A DNA stretch of 11,063 nucleotides from a virus (lineage: Duplodnaviria; Heunggongvirae; Uroviricota; Caudoviricetes): positions 1 through 11,063 of IMG/VR virus record IMGVR_UViG_3300006226_001702. One strand, 5' to 3'. Below are positions 1 through 7,243 of this stretch, in pieces. The notes below the pieces were generated by a model, which did not search any database, was not told the DNA's origin, and worked only from the letters and a program-made list of their open reading frames with translations. The position numbers and the translations under genes are program-made. Position 1 is the stretch's first letter; every line of letters begins with the position of its first letter.

Positions 1-3000
1 ATGGTTTTGTCTTCCATGCATATAAAAAACTATATCATTAAAACTATCTTTGTACATTTGTTGTACGGGATCTTTTAAATTGTTTAATACATTTTTATTG
101 AATAATGATAAATCAAGAACATTATGCACATAACTATTTGATATAAAAGGATATGCTTTTGAGCCATAAACACCATGATCAAAAATTGATTCAGTATCAA
201 GCATATTATTTCTTGCTAAGTTTTGCTTAAAAGTAAAGAAGTTAGTATCAGTTAAGTTTAAGTTAGTTTTAGTTCTAACAGTAATAGTAGATTCACCTTC
301 TATTGTAACTGCCTTATTTACAGAAAATATTTTTTGATTTATATCAATATGTGTAATAAATGTGTCATTATCAATGCCGCTTCCATAAATTAAATCGCCT
401 TCTGTTAAAGCATTTATTTTAATGATGTAATCATTATCAATTATGTTTATAATATTAGAGCCAATATCCATTAGGCATCTAATTTGTAATTCAAAATCTT
501 CAATTAAAAGAGCAGTCATATTATTCTTCATATCATCTGTTAAGAATAATTCTAAAAACTCATTAGTTGAATAAGCAAACTTTCTAGAATCAGCTCTAAC
601 TTGTCTATTTATAGTATAAACATCTTTATTAAGCGCAATATAATCGTGTTCATCATGTTTATAAGTTTTTAGATAATTTTTCATTTCAGCTGGATATGAA
701 GAAAAATGTGTAAGTGGGACTTTTTCTCCAACATCTTCATTATCTGAAATTACTGTTGCTGTGTTTATTGAACCAAAATTATATGATTCAAGAATACCTT
801 GCCAACCCATGTTATCATCACGGGTGTAAATGAATCTATCATTAAATTTGTCTAATGAAATTGAGATAATTCCAACGAATAAATCTTGGTTGATTATTAG
901 TGAATAAGATAATGGATCAATTTGTAATTCGTTTAAGAAAATATCCTCTGGTAATGGTGTAATGAGATATCCCATATTAGCTTGAAAGTCATCAATTGGC
1001 GGGTCAAGCTTTTTAACTGTTTCAAATATAACTTTTTGTTGTGCATTTAACACTATTGGATCTATAGTTAAATAATATTCTCTGTCAAAATGGCAAGCAA
1101 TAAAACAGACCAAATAAGTTTTGTAATCGTTATAATAATCTTCAATTTGAGTATATAGCTCTAATGCATCTGTTTCAAACTTTTCTCTATTTCTCATTGC
1201 TGTTTGATTATTGTTGGCGGCAACGAAATCAGTATGAAGTTTTTGCATCCCTTGTTGTCTAACTTCTGATTCAAAGAATGTACACATTCTATTCAATGAA
1301 TCTCTAACTCTAATCCAGTTTGTATCACTAACATGAACTGAACCGCTGTTATTATTACGAATTAGATTATTCATTGCTTCTTTGAAGTCATTAAAGTTTT
1401 TAGTAGCCCCATCATATTTAGCATAAGGAATTTTGTAGCTTTCATAACCACTTTCATTTGGTTTATATCCAGCTCCATCTCCAATTAAAATCTCTAAACC
1501 TTGAAACTTAGATAGGCAAGTTCGCTCATAATCTCTATAAAGATATTGCATGAGTTCATGAGTCTTAACTTTTGGAACAGCTGCAATATTGAATGTAATC
1601 TTTTCAACAGTGTATAAATTATCTCTATCTGGGGGTGATATGTGAAAAATTGGTCTACCGAATGCTACAACTTTCTTTCCAGCATAAGGACTAATATCAT
1701 TAAACTGAAACACAACACCAAATCTTGGTATAGTTAAAACGCTTAATTCATCAAAAGCATCTTTTTCAGATTGTGTTATCTTATTAGTAAGCTTAACTAA
1801 TATCTCCATTTTGCCATTTTGAATGCCTACCACTTCAGCTGCATATAAACTGTTGTGCTCGTCTTTCTTAACAAGTAAATCTTCTTCTCTAATAAAGCTG
1901 TCATCATGCATACTAGTTGGACGATAAACTAATGATGGAACTTCAGCACTTCTGTTAACAGTTATATCAAGATATTCTCTATATAATGGCAAGAAATAGT
2001 TGGCGGGCATATAATAGCTACCAAGTTGATAATTGTCAATAATAAACTTTCCAACCATTTCTGGAATTGAATTGTTTAGTAAACAATTCAAAGTGCCCGC
2101 GTATGGATTTAAGCTATTTTCAAATGCATCAACATATATTGACATTTGCGTGTCTTTAAAATCTTGGGGAATTTCTTCATTTCCCAAGTAAGTATCAATT
2201 AAATGTGGTACTGACCTATAAATCTCAAAGTCAGTGAAGACAGGCTCGACTCTTGAATCAACTTTTATTCTAGTTACACTATTTCTTAAAGTGTTAGTCT
2301 GAACTCTTGAACTTATAATATCTAAGTCAGCTCCTAAGTAGGCTAGTTGCATTGACCCAATATATGAATCTTCATTTTGAATGCTGTTGATGAAATATTC
2401 ATTTTCATTTATAGTAACTTTCTGTCCAACAAAGAAGTCATTCTTAATAACGGGAACAACCATTTCAGTTCTAATGTTTGGATATTCATATAAGTCATAA
2501 GGAGATAACGGCATTGGGTAGGCAGTGCCATAAATCATAATATCTTCTCTAAAGAACTTTGTCTTAATTGCGTCATATTCAAAATCAACTAATCTGAATG
2601 GCTTCTTATATAAAAGGTCGAACTTGTTAACTTGTCTATTTATGAAATCTCCCGGCACTTCAAAAAATTCATTGTACCATTTTAAGTCAATTTCTCTAGC
2701 AACACTATTAGTTGCATTAGTTAAAAGTTCATTATGTCTTCTATTTCTTCTGTTATTGGCAACCCAGTCTTTTCTTGCATTAAAATCTTCTTCTTTTTCA
2801 TCTTCCTGTTGTATGAGGTCATCTGCTGTTTCAAGCTCTGGCATCACAACAAACATTTTTGGGTCAATTATTGGAGAAAATGGTATATATTCAGCAATTT
2901 GAAATATTGACATATGTTGAAAAATCTCAGACCCAAATTGTACATAACCAGATTTTGAGCCATAGAACTTTCTTCTAAACGCATGATTAGTGAGATTTCG

Positions 3001-3708
3001 ATATTTCATTTTGAAAGCTTCTTCTCTTTCAGCTCGAGCTCTCGTATATTCAGTTATGGCGTTAGAGTAGTCAAGTTCAGTTGCTAGCCAATCCATGAAA
3101 ATTAGATTGGGCTTATAGTGAATCAAATGAGCCACATGATTTATTTCATCGTTTATTTCATTGTTAGTCAATATCTCAGTGAAGTCTTGATGATCAGGAT
3201 AGAGCACATCGAGATATCTATAACCTTCATGAAGCATAAAGTCAACTTCTGGAAGAAAAGCGCCGTTAACTTCTAATCTATGATATTCTGGATTATTAAG
3301 TGCAACAGGAGGATTAGTATTTCCCCATTCATCAGTGTTTGGAAGATAATCTTCCGGCCACTTCATTCCCTTTCGGTAAACAAAATTGGGAACTGGACCA
3401 TAGTCTGGAACTCTAATTCCATTGATATATTTTGAAGTTGTGAATTGCTCAATGTAACCCTCTGGGTCAACTGTTTCAATTCCGTTAGTAACTAGATTAT
3501 ATTTGATGTCATCATATGATAAGAAGGAAGTACCAAGAAACCATTCCCAAAAGTCATTCTTAAGCTTTGAGTGGGCCATATCATATAAATCAATAGGAGG
3601 CATTTCATTGTTGATGTGAACTCTTTTGTTGGCTATAAACTCATCTGCTGATGTATATGAATCCAATATTTGTCTATAGTACTTACTATTGGGAGTGAAA
3701 TATTCCAT
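1..3708 (-). CDS. Very large virion structural protein, probable baseplate wedge/tail-associated (P2 gpI / T4 gp7-like segment near aa 197-270); 3'-truncated, >=1236 aa
   Basis: Manual translation from ATG at 3708 (MEYFTPNSKYYRQILDSYTS...) gives 1236 codons with no stop down to position 1 (...DIVFYMHGRQNH). The ORF track missed it, most likely because the stop lies outside the window. Segment YKPNLIFMDWLATELDY...AFRRKFYGSKSGYVQFG resembles the gpI-type 'L.WLA...R.KG(T/S)' pattern. Confidence in the ORF is high; in the product, moderate. Confidence 0.85.
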   Translation of the reverse strand, partial: MEYFTPNSKYYRQILDSYTSADEFIANKRVHINNEMPPIDLYDMAHSKLKNDFWEWFLGTSFLSYDDIKYNLVTNGIETVDPEGYIEQFTTSKYINGIRVPDYGPVPNFVYRKGMKWPEDYLPNTDEWGNTNPPVALNNPEYHRLEVNGAFLPEVDFMLHEGYRYLDVLYPDHQDFTEILTNNEINDEINHVAHLIHYKPNLIFMDWLATELDYSNAITEYTRARAEREEAFKMKYRNLTNHAFRRKFYGSKSGYVQFGSEIFQHMSIFQIAEYIPFSPIIDPKMFVVMPELETADDLIQQEDEKEEDFNARKDWVANNRRNRRHNELLTNATNSVAREIDLKWYNEFFEVPGDFINRQVNKFDLLYKKPFRLVDFEYDAIKTKFFREDIMIYGTAYPMPLSPYDLYEYPNIRTEMVVPVIKNDFFVGQKVTINENEYFINSIQNEDSYIGSMQLAYLGADLDIISSRVQTNTLRNSVTRIKVDSRVEPVFTDFEIYRSVPHLIDTYLGNEEIPQDFKDTQMSIYVDAFENSLNPYAGTLNCLLNNSIPEMVGKFIIDNYQLGSYYMPANYFLPLYREYLDITVNRSAEVPSLVYRPTSMHDDSFIREEDLLVKKDEHNSLYAAEVVGIQNGKMEILVKLTNKITQSEKDAFDELSVLTIPRFGVVFQFNDISPYAGKKVVAFGRPIFHISPPDRDNLYTVEKITFNIAAVPKVKTHELMQYLYRDYERTCLSKFQGLEILIGDGAGYKPNESGYESYKIPYAKYDGATKNFNDFKEAMNNLIRNNNSGSVHVSDTNWIRVRDSLNRMCTFFESEVRQQGMQKLHTDFVAANNNQTAMRNREKFETDALELYTQIEDYYNDYKTYLVCFIACHFDREYYLTIDPIVLNAQQKVIFETVKKLDPPIDDFQANMGYLITPLPEDIFLNELQIDPLSYSLIINQDLFVGIISISLDKFNDRFIYTRDDNMGWQGILESYNFGSINTATVISDNEDVGEKVPLTHFSSYPAEMKNYLKTYKHDEHDYIALNKDVYTINRQVRADSRKFAYSTNEFLELFLTDDMKNNMTALLIEDFELQIRCLMDIGSNIINIIDNDYIIKINALTEGDLIYGSGIDNDTFITHIDINQKIFSVNKAVTIEGESTITVRTKTNLNLTDTNFFTFKQNLARNNMLDTESIFDHGVYGSKAYPFISNSYVHNVLDLSLFNKNVLNNLKDPVQQMYKDSFNDIVFYMHGRQNH

Positions 3709-3718
3709 ATTATTTAGT
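3709..3718 (-). promoter_or_regulatory. ACTAAATA-type motif (ACTAAATAAT) directly abutting the ATG at 3708; putative phage late promoter
   Basis: Minus strand reads TA-ACTAAATAAT-ATG. It overlaps the TAA stop of the upstream gene, and no SD is present. Confidence 0.5.
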
Positions 3719-4094
3719 TAAATTGTATAGTTGTCGAAAGAAACTTGCTTCCACCCATAAAATTTTGAGTTCTGAACTCCAAGTTTATTTCGTTCTTATA
3801 TTCTACTACATCATACTGAAAACTGATTCTAATATTAGTAACTTTATGAAAAATGTTCAATAAGTTTTCTACATTATATTCTACTGAATTTCTGAGATAA
3901 TGGCGACTTTGAAATATTGTATGCTCTTGTAAATCGTCTAAAGTGAATAAGAGAATTAAACTGATAAAATCCCTCAAGTCGTCCATAATTTTCTGCTGTC
4001 CGCCTTGCATCATATCATGTACGTTATCAATATTTTTCTTATGCCAAATGTAAAACTCTCTTTCAAATGAGTCAAAAATCCAGTTACTTATCAT
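3714..4094 (-). CDS. Hypothetical protein, possibly gp25-like baseplate wedge subunit (126 aa)
   Basis: Clean ORF 5 nt upstream of the giant gene. DDLRDFISLILLFT followed by a helix and three beta-like segments (LRNSVEYNVENLL / VTNIRISFQY / EINLEFRTQ / FLSTTIQF) fits gp25 topology, but the usual GER..P.FG motif is absent. Confidence 0.6.
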   Translation of the reverse strand: MISNWIFDSFEREFYIWHKKNIDNVHDMMQGGQQKIMDDLRDFISLILLFTLDDLQEHTIFQSRHYLRNSVEYNVENLLNIFHKVTNIRISFQYDVVEYKNEINLEFRTQNFMGGSKFLSTTIQFN

Positions 4095-4117
4095 AGTTAT
4101 AGATTAACTAATTTATT
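4095..4117. promoter_or_regulatory. 23-bp divergent intergenic element: inverted repeat AGTTA-TAGAT-TAACT (4095-4109) overlapping ACTAATTTATT (4107-4117)
   Basis: Read directly between the divergent ATGs at 4094 (-) and 4118 (+). Neither gene has an SD. Confidence 0.5.
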
Positions 4118-4600
4118 ATGGATGAAGAAACAGCTGTAGTTACTACGAATCAAATACATGATATAGCCGAAAAATTGACGCCTGTCAAACAGATAGAAAG
4201 TTCTCTTGCAAAATTTCTCAATGATACATTTCAAATGGCACGAGAAGAGGATGACTATCAGAAACTTCTAAAAGCTGAGATTATAAACAGACTTCCAACT
4301 CTTAAACCAAATGAATTGATAGCCTTAATGACTTCTGCTTCAACTAATAAGAATGACTTGTTATCTAAAATCATGTCTCCAGCAATGGGTCTTTTAACAG
4401 CAGCACAACAGAACGAATTATCAATGAGGCAGCGAGAACAGTCGCCAATTTACACTCAAAATAACATTAAAGAGATAAATGCAGCAACTTCAGCTGACAC
4501 ACTTATTGGTTTACAAACTTTAATGCACATGATTAATGCAACAGTTCAGAAAGATAAATCTACGGAAACATTCCCGGCAGAGATATCCCAGGATTCTTAG
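4118..4600 (+). CDS. Hypothetical, predominantly alpha-helical protein (160 aa)
   Basis: Protein-like composition and phage-like codon use, preceded by the ACTAA-type motif. The 3' end overlaps the convergent frame ending at 4560 by 41 nt. No family recognised. Confidence 0.75.
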   Translation: MDEETAVVTTNQIHDIAEKLTPVKQIESSLAKFLNDTFQMAREEDDYQKLLKAEIINRLPTLKPNELIALMTSASTNKNDLLSKIMSPAMGLLTAAQQNELSMRQREQSPIYTQNNIKEINAATSADTLIGLQTLMHMINATVQKDKSTETFPAEISQDS

Positions 4601-4754
4601 CAGAACCACTTACAATTTTATTTGTCTCTTTAGCTTCAAAATCTCTTTGCTTTTTACAGGCATTCCATAATCCAATTACTATATGAGATGGTAAACTTTT
4701 CATATCATGCCACGTGAACGATGAATTACTAGATAGCAGATATAGTAGTTTCAA
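4560..4754 (-). CDS. Small gp51-like / tail-chaperone 'T'-like ORF (64 aa from TTG; the frame is open from 4826)
   Basis: LLYLLSSNSSFTWHDMKSLPSHIVIGLWNACKKQRDFE has the helix - 'F(S/T)W.D...(M/L)P' - charged helix pattern of the short ORFs that follow gp26-like/TAC genes. The start is weak (TTG, no clear SD). Confidence 0.55.
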   Translation of the reverse strand: MKLLYLLSSNSSFTWHDMKSLPSHIVIGLWNACKKQRDFEAKETNKIVSGSAKNPGISLPGMFP

Positions 4755-5841
4755 CAGTTCCCGTAGTTCTAATGGCCGTGAGTAAATTAAGGAGTTGAAA
4801 GGAATACTTCCGTTGAACGACTTTATTCATAATGGGGTCGTGTACGGTTATCTCCTCCTTTAGCCCAAATTGTAGTTTGTTAAAATGATCTTGTACCATA
4901 TTAAACGTTGAATAATCTAATCTAGCATCTCTTGCTAATTCAAGTTTCTTTTCTAATGGCCAGTCATAAACAATTTGTCCATCAAACTCATAAAGATATA
5001 GCGCTTTAGATGCTGTAATAGAAAAAGTCATCTTATCATTTTCATATTCTTTGTACTTATCATAATCAGCTTTTGGAATTTGCGGTATAGATGCAATGTT
5101 GATATTTTCGCCATTCATTAATCTCTTTTCGGCATCTTTTCTAAACTTAATCATTTCACCAAGTCTAGCATATTTTCTATCTTCTTCTCTATACATACTG
5201 TCGATGAAATACTTTAACGTAATAAAGTCACCAAACTTTGGAAGGCTAAATACAGCTGAGAAAGTCTTATTACCATATTTTCTATCAACCCTAGCCTTAA
5301 CTTTTATATCGTCTGGTACCTCATGATAATCAAGTTGTGATATATCAATGTCAAAAACAGGCCTATGTTGTTTTGTTCTAATGGCTCTTTCATGATTTCT
5401 AAATTCCTCTGTGTCTCTTCCGCCATACTGTTGAGCAAGAAACTCCCAGTCTTCTTTAGTAAGAGTCCACTCTTGGTTAGTAAAGATAGTAGTATAAAAT
5501 GTTTCATATAAATGTAGTAGTAACTCAATGACTTCCTTCTCATGAAATTGAGTGACTGATAACTTTGGGTCGTTCTTTGGATTATAGATTAAACTGTCTA
5601 ACACTTTTACCAACTTAATGGGCAAGTCCTCTTTTGCCGTCATACCCAATGACATCAAATCTTCTGGGCTAAAATTACGTATGTAGAAAAGTTCGGGTGC
5701 TGCTATTTTTCCTCTAGTTGATAGCCCAACTTCAATGTAGCCATCAGGCACATTAAGTTTGTCACTAAACTCTTTTCTAGCCTTTTCAATTCGATTTAAA
5801 TTTGGGTTGATTGGCCCATTATCTTGATTAAGTTCTTCCAT
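4729..5841 (-). CDS. T4 gp26-like baseplate hub / tail assembly protein (370 aa)
   Basis: SD AGGAG (5848-5852) 6 nt before ATG. Motifs LSTRGK...FYIRNFSPEDLMSL...LDSLIY...EKEVIELLLHLY, FSLPKFGD and the C-terminal FGLKEEITVHDP match the gp26-family pattern recalled from large myophages. A CxxC is not present at the HDPIM position. Confidence 0.7.
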   Translation of the reverse strand: MEELNQDNGPINPNLNRIEKARKEFSDKLNVPDGYIEVGLSTRGKIAAPELFYIRNFSPEDLMSLGMTAKEDLPIKLVKVLDSLIYNPKNDPKLSVTQFHEKEVIELLLHLYETFYTTIFTNQEWTLTKEDWEFLAQQYGGRDTEEFRNHERAIRTKQHRPVFDIDISQLDYHEVPDDIKVKARVDRKYGNKTFSAVFSLPKFGDFITLKYFIDSMYREEDRKYARLGEMIKFRKDAEKRLMNGENINIASIPQIPKADYDKYKEYENDKMTFSITASKALYLYEFDGQIVYDWPLEKKLELARDARLDYSTFNMVQDHFNKLQFGLKEEITVHDPIMNKVVQRKYSFQLLNLLTAIRTTGTVETTISAI

Positions 5842-6083
5842 TTATTACTCCTATTGATTTTATTGTGATAATTTTGCACATATAATTGTTTCAAATCATC
5901 TGCCACCATTCCATAAGAATAATAAGCAAACATTTGGTCTCTAACTGGTACTTGGTTAACTAAACTTTTATGAATGTAATATCTGGAAACTCCAGTATCT
6001 TTTTCAGCCATAGTTTCATTGATATAAGTTTTGCCAGTGTTTAAGTCAATAATTTGTTTTCGTCTTCTGTTTATTGGCTTCAT
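5796..6083 (-). CDS. Stand-alone NUMOD1/IENR1-type helix-turn-helix protein (95 aa), no nuclease domain
   Basis: KQIIDLNTGKTY.NETMAEKDTGVSRYYIHKSL is a NUMOD1 signature and aligns by eye to the NUMOD1 at 10685-11063. An in-frame TGA at 6093-6095 lies just upstream of the ATG. It overlaps the gp26-like start by 46 nt. Confidence 0.7.
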   Translation of the reverse strand: MKPINRRRKQIIDLNTGKTYINETMAEKDTGVSRYYIHKSLVNQVPVRDQMFAYYSYGMVADDLKQLYVQNYHNKINRSNKWKNLIKIMGQSTQI

Positions 6084-6093
6084 AATATTTAGT
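6084..6093 (-). promoter_or_regulatory. ACTAAATATT directly abutting the ATG at 6083; putative late promoter, leaderless
   Basis: Exact decamer, identical to 6162-6171 on the opposite strand. Confidence 0.55.
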
Positions 6094-6108
6094 CAATAAC
6101 AAAAAATC

Positions 6109-6135
6109 TTACAATAATCTAATTATTTACAATAA
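6109..6135. repeat. Direct repeat TTACAATAA x2 (6109-6117, 6127-6135)
   Basis: Two exact 9-mers, 18 bp start-to-start, in the divergent intergenic region. Confidence 0.5.
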
Positions 6136-6161
6136 GGAAAGAACTAATGTAAAAAGATTGT

Positions 6162-6179
6162 ACTAAATATTAGAAGGAG
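6162..6179 (+). promoter_or_regulatory. ACTAAATATT motif (6162-6171) followed by SD AAGGAG (6174-6179)
   Basis: Read directly; the SD is 7 nt before ATG 6187. Confidence 0.6.
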
Positions 6180-6186
6180 AAAATAA

Positions 6187-7203
6187 ATGTCAGACAGAGA
6201 TATTAGACATGGTGGTGTGCCTTTTGGTGCAAGCCCATTTCAAAATCAAAATCATTTTCATTTCCCAGGCCCACAGTCACCTCCAGGTTTTACTATTCCT
6301 AATAGACCATTAGATGACCCTGCTATGCTTGAAAGAGCTTTTAGAGAGGACCATCACAACAGAGGTCCAAAGCCACAGGAAATAAAGAACTTAAATCAAT
6401 ACACTGGTTATTTTAATACACCAGAAGGTGATTTTCCAGTATCGGTTGTTGCTGATTCAATTAAAGAAGCAGCAAAAATTCTCACTATGCCCGGAGTTTT
6501 CGGTGATGGCGTCAATGAACCAACGACCATTAAATTTGTAAAAGGAACAATTGCTGTAAGCATTCCAGTTAGAATGACTGGCTTTAATGTTACAATTGAA
6601 CCAAAAGGCGCAGTGGATTCAGGCGCATACGCAACACCAGCACACGCTGAAGTTCGTAACGGAACTGAAGTTATATTCACAGCACATGAACCATTTGGTT
6701 GGAAATTTGTTGGTTGGTACAAAGGTGAACAACTCTTATCAACTGAAAAAGTTTCTTGGATTGAAGTTTATGACCCATATTCTTCATTATTGACTTACAC
6801 AGCAATGTATGAATTTGACCCAGTGTTAAGAAACGGTAGATATTTAGAATTAGGACATGGTTGGTACTTCGACTTCAAATTTGACGGATGGTCAATGTTT
6901 GAAGGTAAGATGGTACTTTACACTAACGTTGTTCCAGACTGGCACTTCGTTATCACATCAATTGATCCAAAAGTTAGCCAGTACTCATTTGCATCTGATC
7001 CTGCAGTTATTCAGGAACCAGACATTGGTATGACAGCTACAATTATTCCAACACCTATTGGATTTAACTTTATTGTTGAAAATATCCATACGGAAAATCC
7101 ATTTGGTATTGTTGCACAACAGCAATTCTCACTAAAATGGGTTGGCCACCATCAGTCAGCATACCCAGAGGGTGTGAAGACTCCAGATGAAGATGAAGCT
7201 TAA
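6187..7203 (+). CDS. Probable virion surface/decoration protein with a divergent InlB B-repeat (Flg_new-like) domain (338 aa)
   Basis: Strong SD and own terminator. GTEVIFTAHEPFGWKFVGWYKGEQLLSTEK...TYTAMYE (about aa 159-209) is the 'V.l.A.P..Gy.F.GW' B-repeat pattern. The first ~65 aa are P/G/F/H/Q-rich and low-complexity. Confidence 0.75.
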   Translation: MSDRDIRHGGVPFGASPFQNQNHFHFPGPQSPPGFTIPNRPLDDPAMLERAFREDHHNRGPKPQEIKNLNQYTGYFNTPEGDFPVSVVADSIKEAAKILTMPGVFGDGVNEPTTIKFVKGTIAVSIPVRMTGFNVTIEPKGAVDSGAYATPAHAEVRNGTEVIFTAHEPFGWKFVGWYKGEQLLSTEKVSWIEVYDPYSSLLTYTAMYEFDPVLRNGRYLELGHGWYFDFKFDGWSMFEGKMVLYTNVVPDWHFVITSIDPKVSQYSFASDPAVIQEPDIGMTATIIPTPIGFNFIVENIHTENPFGIVAQQQFSLKWVGHHQSAYPEGVKTPDEDEA

Positions 7204-7210
7204 GAGAGTG

Positions 7211-7243
7211 TTAATATAAATAACGTGGAAACATAATTTCCAT
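7211..7243 (-). CDS. Candidate micro-ORF MEIMFPRYLY (10 aa)
   Basis: Perfect SD AGGAGGT (7253-7259, - strand) 9 nt before ATG 7243; TAA at 7211-7213. Lies entirely within the intergenic region. Confidence 0.35.
   Translation of the reverse strand: MEIMFPRYLY

Noticed and set aside
2624-2902. + strand 92-aa ORF (Ser/Leu-rich)
   Set aside because: Antisense shadow of the giant gene's charged segment; no SD, implausible composition.
1-3708. Stop-codon reassignment as the reason for no ORF call over 3.7 kb
   Set aside because: The minus frame has no TAA, TAG or TGA in 1236 codons under the standard code; it simply lacks a stop inside the window. TAG ends several genes (4600, 4560, 4729, 8516).
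4118-4600. Terminase small subunit assignment
   Set aside because: Helical character and size fit, but no recognisable gp16 motif and no adjacent large subunit.
5096-5543. ORFs 5096-5326(+) and 5304-5543(-)
   Set aside because: Fully nested in the gp26-like gene as antisense or off-frame shadows, with no start signals.
6408-6793. ORFs 6408-6722(-) and 6587-6793(+)
   Set aside because: Shadows of the well-supported 6187-7203 gene.
7215-7222. Exact T4 late promoter TATAAATA
   Set aside because: Single copy, upstream of a terminator rather than a gene, and expected by chance in AT-rich DNA. Kept only as part of the 3' UTR element.
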